NCBI GenBank assembly: GCA_965208325.1
Contig: OZ242326.1
Coordinates: forward strand, 4,256,001 to 4,320,000
Direction of reading: 5' to 3'
DNA from: Candidatus Poribacteria bacterium
GTDB lineage: Bacteria > Poribacteria > WGA-4E > PCPOR2b
DNA length: 64,000 nucleotides
Positions 1 to 8,670 of the stretch are shown here, one piece after another. Made by a program: the position numbers and the translations under genes. Position 1 is the stretch's first letter. Each line of letters opens with the position of its first letter. The notes under the pieces are model-generated. The model was given only the letters and a program-made list of their open reading frames with translations, searched no databases and was not told the DNA's origin.

Positions 1-191
1 ACCCCTTGCTTTATCTCCTGCCTAATCTCCTGAAATATTTCTGCGACCTCTTTGGATTTTCGATGTTTTGCACTGCTTTGAACCCCCGCATCGGAGGTAT
101 CGCTTATGGCGCGGATGAGCATGTCCGCTTCGTCCGCGTTGATTGTGCCTTCTTCAAGCATTCTGAGAATTTCGCGCCGTTCATCGCTCAT
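1..191 (-). CDS. SHOCT-like (YvlB/LiaX N-terminal-type) domain protein, truncated by the window edge
   Basis: Not in the ORF track. ATG at 191 follows an AAGGAGG RBS and translates MSDERREILRMLEEGTINADEADMLIRAI..., the ILxMLEEGxIxAxEAxxL pattern usually found beside DUF2089 genes. Confidence 0.8.
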   Translation of the reverse strand, partial: MSDERREILRMLEEGTINADEADMLIRAISDTSDAGVQSSAKHRKSKEVAEIFQEIRQEIKQG

Positions 192-248
192 AATTTTCCT
201 CCTTACTCAATCTCGGTGTTCCTATTTCAACGACAGTCGAGTTAATGA

Positions 249-527
249 TTACTCCGATTCTTTTCCGGTCTCTTGGTTTAGCACCGGATTCATTCGTTTC
301 GACGTGCGTTCGGTATTGTAGTAATGGATATAGATATCCGTTACGTATTCCTGTATTTTCACAACGTGCTCTTTGAGCGCGCGGAGATCTGAATGGATTC
401 GGACCAACTCTTGATTTTGTTCTACGTGCTTACTGCCTGGACCGTATTTAAATTTTACAAATCTGCAACCCATAATTCCAAACGAAACGGCAAATATCAC
501 CAATGCGATTCCGTACAATTCACCCAT
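249..527 (-). CDS. small single-pass membrane protein with short coiled coil
   Basis: Start moved to MGELYG (527) because of the AAAAGGAG RBS. N-terminal hydrophobic helix followed by LVRIHSDLRALKEHVVKIQE. Confidence 0.65.
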   Translation of the reverse strand: MGELYGIALVIFAVSFGIMGCRFVKFKYGPGSKHVEQNQELVRIHSDLRALKEHVVKIQEYVTDIYIHYYNTERTSKRMNPVLNQETGKESE

Positions 528-634
528 AGTCGTAACTCCTTTTTGATGTAGTTGAATGTATCGGTAATTGAGAAAAACACAAGAATAACGACGATTTGCG
601 GGAACCACCCGCGAACGCCGAGAGTTGCTGCGTG

Positions 635-922
635 CTAACGGTGAAAGAGCTGTTTGCACTCGCGGGCCGTTTCCCGGAAGTTTCGGTTGAGAATTCGCTT
701 TTGTTCGCGAACGAGCCGATTTAAGTTATTGAGACTGTCCCTTTTGGCGGTCTCCAGGCGTTTATGCGTGGATTCGGTGAAGGCGTTTAGTGCATCTCGG
801 ACGGGGAGTTGAGACAGCCGCGCACGCGAGTCTTTGAGCGCTTGCGTCAGCGGATCCGCCGCTTTCAAAGTGAATTTTACCTCAGATACCATTTTGAGGA
901 ATGCCGCATTTTGCTTTTTCAT
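635..922 (-). CDS. hypothetical helical protein
   Basis: 95 aa, AAAGGA RBS, 11 bp downstream of the DUF2089 gene. Confidence 0.55.
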   Translation of the reverse strand: MKKQNAAFLKMVSEVKFTLKAADPLTQALKDSRARLSQLPVRDALNAFTESTHKRLETAKRDSLNNLNRLVREQKRILNRNFRETARECKQLFHR

Positions 923-933
923 TATTGTTTCCT

Positions 934-1323
934 TTAGGTTATGTTGAGTTGGTGAATGAGTTCTGCAGCCTCCGCCGCGGAAATCTCACCCGCATCGAGC
1001 CGCTTTAGAATTGCGCGGCGTTGTTCAGGAATGTCATCAGTTTGCTGCGTGCCGACCTCAAAGCCGAGTTCGGCGATGACTGCGTTCAAACGGCTTCGGA
1101 CGGTCGGATATGAGATTCCGAGTTCACGTTCCATTTCCTTGACATTGCCGCGATTCCTGACGAAGTTTTCCAAAAACTCGAGGCTTTCCTTTGAGAGCCG
1201 GCAGAAACGGCAGGTTTCATACTGGCTTTCGATTTTGGTATCGCAGGCGTGGCATTGCAACTCTGTGATTGTTAATTCACCACCGCACGTTGGACATTTT
1301 TCCAATATCTTTCGCAAGGTCAA
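934..1323 (-). CDS. DUF2089 family protein (Zn ribbon + HTH + SHOCT-like tail), putative regulator
   Basis: CPTCG...CHAC, GNVKEMERELGISYPTVRSRL, and C-terminal ILKRLDAGEISAAEA. Confidence 0.9.
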   Translation of the reverse strand: MTLRKILEKCPTCGGELTITELQCHACDTKIESQYETCRFCRLSKESLEFLENFVRNRGNVKEMERELGISYPTVRSRLNAVIAELGFEVGTQQTDDIPEQRRAILKRLDAGEISAAEAAELIHQLNIT

Positions 1324-1374
1324 CCTCCATTTAAGTTTGGTGTGATTTTTCAGTTAATGAATTATGGTGAATAA

Positions 1375-1403
1375 AATATACCATAGATATAAATGATTGT
1401 CAA
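1375..1403 (-). promoter_or_regulatory. sigma70-type promoter for the DUF2089 cluster
   Basis: TTGACA-17 nt-TATATT on the minus strand. Confidence 0.65.
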
Positions 1404-1470
1404 GAAAAAATACAATATTTCGTAAAAACAGGCGCAATACATAAAAATATGAGAAATATGACGTTGAAAC

Positions 1471-1510
1471 AAAAAAAGAGCCATGAGTCTTTTGCTGTGA
1501 CTCATAGCTC
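1471..1510 (-). terminator. intrinsic terminator after ureG
   Basis: GAGCTATGAGTC...GACTCATGGCTC hairpin followed by a T run on the minus strand. Confidence 0.7.
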
Positions 1511-1574
1511 GGTTTACATATCCTCGGACGGGTTGCCGCTTCCTTATGCAACCAACCAATTGCGTGTCAAAACA

Positions 1575-2207
1575 TCATAGGTAACTTTTTTGATTGGGGG
1601 ATTTTTCTTCAAAAAGTAATTCCTGTTGAATCCATGAAATGATATATTCCACCCGTTTTCCGCGCCGCAGGTCCGTGAATACAAACGGTTTTTCGCCGCG
1701 CATACGTTTTGTGTCGCGTTCCATTATGCCGAGGTCGGCTCCGACGTGGGGGGCGAGATCGATTTTGTTGATGACGAGCAGATCGGAGCGGGTAATGCCT
1801 GGACCGCCTTTGCGGGGGATTTTGTCGCCGCCGGCGACGTCAATTACGTAAATGGCGGCATCGACTAGTTCCGGACTAAAAAATGCGGCTAGATTATCGC
1901 CGCCGCTTTCCAAGAACAGGATATCCAAATCGGGAAAGCGTTCTATCATCTGCTCAAGGGCTTCTAGGTTGCTGGAGATGTCCTCTCGAATAGCGGTGTG
2001 CGGGCAGCCGCCGGTCTCAACACCGAGGATTCGATTGGAGGGAAGCGCTTCGACGCGCAGTAGAATCTCCGCATCTTCGCGCGTATAAATGTCGTTGGTG
2101 ATGGCAGCGAGTTCATAGTCACTACGCATTGCCTTGCACAAGCGTTCGATTAGTGCAGTTTTACCGGAGCCTACGGGGCCGCCAATCCCAATTTTCAAGA
2201 GTTTCAT
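1575..2207 (-). CDS. ureG: urease accessory GTPase UreG
   Basis: [10 protein letters not shown]-loop, [24 protein letters not shown]. Confidence 0.97.
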   Translation of the reverse strand: MKLLKIGIGGPVGSGKTALIERLCKAMRSDYELAAITNDIYTREDAEILLRVEALPSNRILGVETGGCPHTAIREDISSNLEALEQMIERFPDLDILFLESGGDNLAAFFSPELVDAAIYVIDVAGGDKIPRKGGPGITRSDLLVINKIDLAPHVGADLGIMERDTKRMRGEKPFVFTDLRRGKRVEYIISWIQQELLFEEKSPNQKSYL

Positions 2208-2285
2208 GGGTGAAAATCCTTTCGCGACAAGGCAAAGATTTCGCCGGACTATGCGAATGACGTTTTGTAACCCGATATTAACGGT

Positions 2286-3008
2286 TTAGGAGATGAAGAG
2301 TCTGGAATAAAGCCGTTCGTGCTGCATGCTCCGAATGTCCAGCCCGGTCGTAAAAGCCGCGAAATCATCGAGGTTTGCGTTTTGTGCGAATTCTACAATT
2401 TCCCGTAGATGCGGCTTGAGTGAGTGAATCGTCAGCTGTCCTTCGGTTGCGCCGAGCGGGATAAGCCGCACGGCCGCGGAGACTTGACCGACGACGTAGG
2501 CGTGTAGAAACCCAAGCAATGCATTTGGCAGTTCAATTGAAGCTGCGGCGGTGACCAATCCGAACGCTATTGCATGGTGACCGGCGCAATCCTTAGCGCG
2601 TATTCGCTTCTCGTAAGCGTCCAGTGCTGGGTGCGGTACAAGATGGCGCGCATTTCTAAGAAACTGTTTGCCAATGTGCGCACTGCCGTTCCGCGATTCA
2701 CGCGGCAGTTTGAGCGCGGTGAGACGCATGTCCAAGTCAGCGATTTGCTCGATGCTAGCATCAGGGGCATTCTCGTAGGTTTGAGCGGATTTGTATGCCA
2801 ACGCCAGCGCAACGGCATCAGTGTTCCGTATCCCTTCCAATAATGCGTTCCTCAATAATTCCTCGCAAGAGGGCTGATCCGTAACCAATCCGTTCTGAAC
2901 GTAGGTTTCCAACCCAAAGGAGTGCGCGAATGCACCCGTCGGGAAGAAACTATCTACAAGTTGAAGCAGTGTGAGCAGCGCATTATGGTTGTGATTTTTG
3001 GGTTGCAT
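2286..3008 (-). CDS. ureF: urease accessory protein UreF
   Basis: DSFFPTGAFAHSFGLE, AAVRLIPLG, C-terminal HERLYSRLFIS. Confidence 0.95.
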   Translation of the reverse strand: MQPKNHNHNALLTLLQLVDSFFPTGAFAHSFGLETYVQNGLVTDQPSCEELLRNALLEGIRNTDAVALALAYKSAQTYENAPDASIEQIADLDMRLTALKLPRESRNGSAHIGKQFLRNARHLVPHPALDAYEKRIRAKDCAGHHAIAFGLVTAAASIELPNALLGFLHAYVVGQVSAAVRLIPLGATEGQLTIHSLKPHLREIVEFAQNANLDDFAAFTTGLDIRSMQHERLYSRLFIS

Positions 3009-3047
3009 TAGGTGCGGCCTCTGCGGTGAAGTTATCGCACAGTATTC

Positions 3048-3482
3048 TCAATGGCAACGCGCAGCGGCGTGCGTGAATACCAGTTCTTCAATCGTATATT
3101 CAAATCCGAGCCGATCCATTTGGTTTTCCAAAACCGGTTCGTATGGAATGAGTATTGCGCCCCCGCAGAATCCTATGGGACGATGGAGGTTTCCAATCTG
3201 ATAGCACGCGATTCCAAACGCCCGGCGCGTTTGTGGACGTAGAACAAGCACCTTTTCCGGCAAGCCTTCTACGACAATTTCGAATTGTTCATTCCGATAG
3301 AGGACATCGCCTGGTTGAAGTATTGTCCCCGTTGGGAGCGCCAAGCCAATCTCCCGCCCTTCCGTCGTCGTCAAACGCTGCCTGCATTTGCGGCGTCCTT
3401 CCCAAGTCAGCAGCACCGCGTCTTTCGCCAAGACGCTTTCATCTAACTTTTCCGATATGATGCTCTCTACAATAATCATCAA
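3048..3482 (-). CDS. ureE: urease accessory nickel chaperone UreE
   Basis: RQRLTTTEGREIGLALP...GDVL and YQIGNLH motifs; adjacent to ureF. Confidence 0.9.
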   Translation of the reverse strand: MMIIVESIISEKLDESVLAKDAVLLTWEGRRKCRQRLTTTEGREIGLALPTGTILQPGDVLYRNEQFEIVVEGLPEKVLVLRPQTRRAFGIACYQIGNLHRPIGFCGGAILIPYEPVLENQMDRLGFEYTIEELVFTHAAARCH

Positions 3483-3678
3483 CGTTTTTTCGTTGCCCGC
3501 GGTGGAATGCGGCAGTCTAGACTTATGACTAAATGCAGTGAAATCCGAATCCTGATTACCTTTACATCGCCACGAGGATATCGTATACTTTAACAGATAA
3601 TCGCCACTCGCGCAACGGCAAATCCATGCGTGTAAATCCTCGTAAATCCCATGAATCTACTCATAACCGGAGGAAAAC

Positions 3679-4068
3679 ATGGCATCAAAAGCAGTCTTCA
3701 AAAGCGTTAGTCCTTATTTGGACGATGAAATGAATTTACCCGTCGAGAATGTGGAGGAGGCAATACCGTTCTATGAGACGATCATGGGGTTCGAGGTTAT
3801 ATCCAAAGGTGAATCTCCCCATGAGTCGGTTGTATTATGTAGAGACAGTATTAAGATAGGATTGGCTGAGAACGGCGGGGATCCGTCGCAAGACGGGTGC
3901 TTCTTTGAAGTAGATAATGTCGAAGCGGCTTTTAACGAGTTGAAAGCGAACGGCTTCGACAAGGAAGATCCGGAGTATCGGGTAGACAGTCACGGTGACA
4001 AATCGTTCAAGTTGTTCTTCGTAATTGCGCCAGACGGGCTTTGCTACTGTATCGGTGAACGGGTGTGA
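3679..4068 (+). CDS. VOC/glyoxalase family protein
   Basis: PVENVEEAIPFYETIMGF, FFEVDNVEA, FFVIAPDG; GGAGG RBS. Confidence 0.85.
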   Translation: MASKAVFKSVSPYLDDEMNLPVENVEEAIPFYETIMGFEVISKGESPHESVVLCRDSIKIGLAENGGDPSQDGCFFEVDNVEAAFNELKANGFDKEDPEYRVDSHGDKSFKLFFVIAPDGLCYCIGERV

Positions 4069-4107
4069 TGTGGTTAGGTGGATGCGCGCGACTGACTGAA
4101 AGTCAAA

Positions 4108-4205
4108 ACTATCGCCTTGGCTGTTCGTTGAGTTAATCCTATTCGGTCGCTAGAGTCCACCAAAACCCTTACACCAGAGTTGGGCGGGGCAAGATGCCCG
4201 CCTAC
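4108..4205. repeat. dispersed ~100-bp repeat ending in a REP hairpin, copy 1
   Basis: Aligns end to end with 17149-17247 (actatcgcc...attcggtcgct...tccaccaaa...ttgggcggggcaagaYgccc(c)gcctac). Confidence 0.85.
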
Positions 4206-4682
4206 GGGGGGCGGGGGCGCATGCGGGGCAAGATGCCCCGCCTACGGGAGGCGGGGGCGCATGCGGGGCAAGATGCCCCGCCTACAGGAGGCGAGGGCGC
4301 ATGCGGGGCAAGATGCCCGCCTACGGGGGGCGGGGGCGCATTCGGGGCAGGATGCCCCGCCTACGGGGGGCGGGGGCGCATGCGGGGCAGGATGCCCTGT
4401 CTACAGGAGGCGGGGGCGCATGCGGGGCAAGATGCCCCGCCTACGGGAGGCGAGGGCACATTCGGGGCAGGATGCCCCGCCTACAGGAGGCGAGGGCGCA
4501 TGCGGGGCAAGATGCCCCGCCTACAGGAGGCGAGGGCACATTCGGGGCAAGATGCCCGCCTACGGGAGGCGAGGGCACATTCGGGGCAGGATGCCCCGCC
4601 TACAGGAGGCGAGGGCGCATGCGGGGCAAGATGCCCCGCCTACAGGAGGCGAGGGCACATTCGGGGCAAGATGCCCGCCTAC
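4184..4682. repeat. tandem array of 13 REP-like hairpins, period 39-40 bp
   Basis: Unit ~GCGGGGCAAGATGCCCCGCCTACAGGAGGCGAGGGCGCAT. On the minus strand each unit reads GTAG plus a palindrome. Linkers are near-identical, so this is not CRISPR. Confidence 0.95.
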
Positions 4683-4754
4683 GGACCGCCGCTTGGCAAG
4701 GGGGAGGATTCACTGCGCATTCGTTCTGGTTGAACTCCGCGATTCTGGCGGCGA

Positions 4755-4783
4755 TTGACAATTATAACGCAATCTGATATAAT
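4755..4783 (+). promoter_or_regulatory. sigma70-type promoter for the metE-like gene
   Basis: TTGACA-17 nt-TATAAT with extended TG. Confidence 0.8.
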
Positions 4784-4826
4784 CTGAAAATATAATGTAA
4801 ATTTTAAATTTGACAAATTTGAGAAT

Positions 4827-5855
4827 ATGGAGTGTGTCATGGCAAAACTCCTTCCCACTGAACTAGTGGGCAGCTACGCGCTCCCGAGTTGGCTGCATAT
4901 TGCGATTGAGCGCATAGAGCACCAGGCCGATCTTGGCGAAACGGATATTAACGAGACACTGGACGACTCGGTGAGTCTCGCGGTGTTAGACCAGGAGCGC
5001 GCCGGGTTGGATGTAATCACGGATGGCGAGATGCGGCGCCGGGACTTTATTCAAAATTTTTACGGCCTCATGACGGGCTTGAAGGAAATCGCACCTGCCC
5101 GCCGATTTGGGGCGGCGGGATACGATCAGAACCCGCGCTATGAGGTGAACGGCGAAGTCACGGCGCCTAATGGGCTGGGCATTCTGCCGGAGGTTGAGTA
5201 TCTCAAGCGAATTACTTCCAAGCCGATTAAAGTTTGTGTGCCGGGCCCTATGACGCTTGCGCTTCCCTTGATTGTTAAAGGCGGCGTTTCGTCCAAGGAA
5301 AGTTTGATTGAAGCCATGGTGGCTATTGTCAATGCGGAGATGAAGGCGTTGGTTGAAGCCGGCGTTGATAATCTGCAAATTGACGAGCCGCGCTACGCAA
5401 CGTCTCAAAAAGATGCGCAGCGGTTGGTACAGCTTTTTAATGCGACCCGCGAGGGTGTTTCTGCGCGAGTTGGACTGCACCTCTGCTTTGGGAATTTCAA
5501 GGGTAGATCCCGCGATCGGCGCGACTACGCTGCCCTGTTTCCTGCGCTGTTAGAAGCGCGGTGCGACCAGTTTAATCTTGAGTTCGCCAACCGGGAGTTT
5601 GCACAAATCGAATTGCTGTCCCACTTCCGTTCCGGCCAACAGATTGGCATAGGCGTTATCGATATCAAATCGTACTTCGTGGAGACCCCTGACGAAGTGG
5701 CTGCGTCAATTCGTACCGCATTAGAACACACCGACGCTGAGAATCTAGTCATCATCCCGGACTGCGGCTTCAACCATTGCCCTCGCCACATTGCCTTTAG
5801 CAAAATGCAAGCGATGGTGAAAGGGGCAGCGATGGTACGGCAGGATTTGGGTTGA
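4827..5855 (+). CDS. cobalamin-independent methionine synthase family, catalytic domain only (start may be 4839)
   Basis: VGSY, QERAGLDVITDGEMRR, QIDEP, Zn ligands HLC...E...PDCG; 342 aa with no N-terminal folate-binding half. Confidence 0.85.
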   Translation: MECVMAKLLPTELVGSYALPSWLHIAIERIEHQADLGETDINETLDDSVSLAVLDQERAGLDVITDGEMRRRDFIQNFYGLMTGLKEIAPARRFGAAGYDQNPRYEVNGEVTAPNGLGILPEVEYLKRITSKPIKVCVPGPMTLALPLIVKGGVSSKESLIEAMVAIVNAEMKALVEAGVDNLQIDEPRYATSQKDAQRLVQLFNATREGVSARVGLHLCFGNFKGRSRDRRDYAALFPALLEARCDQFNLEFANREFAQIELLSHFRSGQQIGIGVIDIKSYFVETPDEVAASIRTALEHTDAENLVIIPDCGFNHCPRHIAFSKMQAMVKGAAMVRQDLG

Positions 5856-5978
5856 GCAGGTGGAAATGGGAAACACCGATTTAATGCACCACAGTAACCC
5901 GGAAGCCAAGTTCATTGGATTTCCCGTTATCCTTGAAGCAGCAAGCGTTTAATTCTTGAATCTCTGACAGAGGAATTC

Positions 5979-7928
5979 ATGCTAAACCCGTTTCGATTAA
6001 GGCGATTGGCCATTGTGGTACTGCTGGTTTCATGCACAGCCGGGGCTTACAGCCAAGAGTACGCCGCAATTTACCTGAAGAGCGGAGACCGCATTACAGG
6101 ACGCTGGCTGGGCGCAAATGACCAATCCGCTCGGATAATTTTTCACGCCCAAGAGTTATCCATCCCGCTTAACGACGTGAACTCTATTCGGTTTGGGGAC
6201 GATCTACGCCTCATCCCGGATGCGGTTGCCGAAAAACAATTCCGCAATGGTCAGGCTTTGTTGGAGTTGGGGCTGCGAGCGGAGGCGAAACAGAAGTTTC
6301 GAGCAGCAATTGAGGCGTTTCCGAGATTTGCCGATGCACACTATAAGCTCGGTATACTTCTCCAGGAGGACGGAGAAATCGACGAAGCCGTGAAATATTT
6401 CGGTTTTGTCGCAAAGATTAATCCCGAAGCTTACAACTTGGCGACGCAGCTAAAGGGTGCGGGCGATGCTTATCTTAAAACTGAAGCATTCCGTAAGGCG
6501 AGCCAAGCGTATCTGTTGATTTTCAACCATTATCCTAGCCACAGCGATGGTGAATATGCGGGATATACGGCAGGATTTCTATTGGCAGAGAATCTAGAAT
6601 CCCATGAAGAGGCCTTGCAGGTGCTACAGGAGGCGAAGAATCGTTATCCGGTGAGCCTTTACATGGAAAAGACAGATTACCTAATTGGGGTGTTGCACGC
6701 CAAATTGAGCCGATACGAACCGGCGATTGCCATACTAACCGAATTCATTAGTAATTATGAAGAGAGCGAATGGCTTGATGACGCCTATTTGGCGCGCGGT
6801 GAGGCTTACCTGCTATTGAGGCATAATCGCGCAGCCATTGCAGACTTCGACCATGCGATTGAAATCGCGCAGGATGGGAAACTTCGGCGCGAGGCTCGGA
6901 AGCGGCGCGATGCGTGCGTATGGACTGTTTACAGAATTTCGGATGGACTGCCAAGCAATCAGATACAGGCGCTTGAAGTTGACGGAAATACATTGTGGAT
7001 AGGTACACCCAAAGGGGTGGCTCGCGCCGATGTCAGCATCAATGCGGACGGGTGGCAGTTAATTACGGAGAGAGTCAATAAAATCAACAACATGTTCGAT
7101 GAAACTATCAACGTTCGGGCGATCGCTGCTGATGACGCGGACGTGTGGATTGGGACGTTGAATCACGGTGTCATTCGATACGATTTGTACAAAATATATC
7201 CAGAAATCTACGACGCAAGCACAGAATTTCCGCATAATCAGGTGAACGACATCAATATCCTCAAGGATGAGGTGTGGATTGCGACTTTCTCAGGTGTAGC
7301 GCGTTTCAATCGAACCAGCGGTGGGTGGGTGTTTTTCAATAAAAAAAATGATGGATTACCCGCGGATGATGTCACCGCCCTTGCGGCTACGCCCAAAGCT
7401 GTTTGGATAGGCACCTCTGGGCACGGTATCGCAAAATACAATCGGGGAATCAATTACTGGGAAGAATTTGGCCCGGACGATGGGCTGAATCTCGGTCGGG
7501 AGAGTACAATTACCAGTTTCGATGTGTGGCGAGATCGGCCGTTTGCCACGTGGTACAATGATGAGGAAAACGGCTACGTCGAGATAGACCCGCAGGGATC
7601 GAACAGTTCTGTACAACCGGTGGATTCTGTCGGAGATTTGGTATCGCTTCGAGATATCTACATTGCCGTGGGGGAAATTTCGGGCGAGAACTCTGGGGAA
7701 ATAAACAGACAGCCGCCGTTGTGGATAGCAAAGAATGATGTAGTGTACTTAAAAAGTGCGGGTAATTGGGAATGGTTTGAATATCCTGCCATTCAGCTTG
7801 GAGATCCGATTGTGAATTGCATTGCGATCGGCGACGGCGTTGTCTGGGTTGGTACATCTAACGGACTTGCCAAGCTGGACAGAAACAACCCCGCCATGGA
7901 CAGGCAAATTCAAAACGAAGAAGAATAG
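5979..7928 (+). CDS. secreted TPR plus two-component-propeller-like repeat protein
   Basis: Signal peptide, TPR helices, then GLPSNQIQAL...LWIGT propeller blades. Confidence 0.8.
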   Translation: MLNPFRLRRLAIVVLLVSCTAGAYSQEYAAIYLKSGDRITGRWLGANDQSARIIFHAQELSIPLNDVNSIRFGDDLRLIPDAVAEKQFRNGQALLELGLRAEAKQKFRAAIEAFPRFADAHYKLGILLQEDGEIDEAVKYFGFVAKINPEAYNLATQLKGAGDAYLKTEAFRKASQAYLLIFNHYPSHSDGEYAGYTAGFLLAENLESHEEALQVLQEAKNRYPVSLYMEKTDYLIGVLHAKLSRYEPAIAILTEFISNYEESEWLDDAYLARGEAYLLLRHNRAAIADFDHAIEIAQDGKLRREARKRRDACVWTVYRISDGLPSNQIQALEVDGNTLWIGTPKGVARADVSINADGWQLITERVNKINNMFDETINVRAIAADDADVWIGTLNHGVIRYDLYKIYPEIYDASTEFPHNQVNDINILKDEVWIATFSGVARFNRTSGGWVFFNKKNDGLPADDVTALAATPKAVWIGTSGHGIAKYNRGINYWEEFGPDDGLNLGRESTITSFDVWRDRPFATWYNDEENGYVEIDPQGSNSSVQPVDSVGDLVSLRDIYIAVGEISGENSGEINRQPPLWIAKNDVVYLKSAGNWEWFEYPAIQLGDPIVNCIAIGDGVVWVGTSNGLAKLDRNNPAMDRQIQNEEE

Positions 7929-8010
7929 ACGCGTTCGAAAAACGACTTGATTATCCCACCCTGAGACTCTTCTAGTCTAGATGGGTTGAACGTGACAATG
8001 ACTCACGAGG

Positions 8011-8610
8011 TTGAAAATGTACGGTAGACTGTCCGGATTCAGCTTTTTTTTAGTGATGTGTATCGGGTTGCCGGGTTGCGTTTGGCTGTCAGCCTTGTCA
8101 ACCCAGTGGAGCGAGAATTTTGCGCTCAAAAGTTTTGGTACGGAGGCAAACCATCCGTCCATCAATGATGGAAAACTCGACACGGTGGCGGCAGTAGGCG
8201 GCAGCAATAAACCGCGGATCTTTATACTTAAATTTCCCGAAGCTAAGAAGGTGCGAAGAATTATTATCCACAATGAAAATCTGTTTTGGTTTCATGTGGA
8301 CTATTTAGACATGAAGACTTCCGAATGGGAAACGTGCTACTCGATGCGCCAACGAAGGAATATTGGTACTGGACGAACGCAAACGCAATATCTCGTCGAT
8401 CGGCTGAACGTCGAGACAAATATGATTCGAATTGATGTGTCCCGCACAGTCGATGATGACATTGTTCCGAAGCCAATCGCGGAGCCGGGGGACAAGGTCG
8501 TGAATAGAAAGCTGACGGTGGGTCGGCTCTATATTCCGCATTACCGCGTTATCGACCAGGCGCCCGCGAAAATTCGAGAAGTCGAAGTGTATCAGCTTGC
8601 AGAGCGGTGA
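8011..8610 (+). CDS. exported/lipoprotein-like hypothetical protein with a possible discoidin-like fold
   Basis: Hydrophobic N-terminus with LPGC; ENFAL...INDGKLDT...IREVEVY pattern. Confidence 0.55.
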   Translation: MKMYGRLSGFSFFLVMCIGLPGCVWLSALSTQWSENFALKSFGTEANHPSINDGKLDTVAAVGGSNKPRIFILKFPEAKKVRRIIIHNENLFWFHVDYLDMKTSEWETCYSMRQRRNIGTGRTQTQYLVDRLNVETNMIRIDVSRTVDDDIVPKPIAEPGDKVVNRKLTVGRLYIPHYRVIDQAPAKIREVEVYQLAER

Positions 8611-8670
8611 CGGATATTGGCGGATAGGCGCAGGGATTCCAAATTGATTCGGCTGGTTAGATTTGGCTGG

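Noticed and set aside
4184..4682. CRISPR array
   Set aside because: The ~17-nt linkers between hairpins are near-identical rather than unique spacers, and there are no cas genes in the window.
4180..4777. Three overlapping repetitive ORFs (192, 179 and 158 aa)
   Set aside because: They are by-products of a stop-free GC-rich tandem repeat, with no RBS and frames that interconvert at single-base indels.
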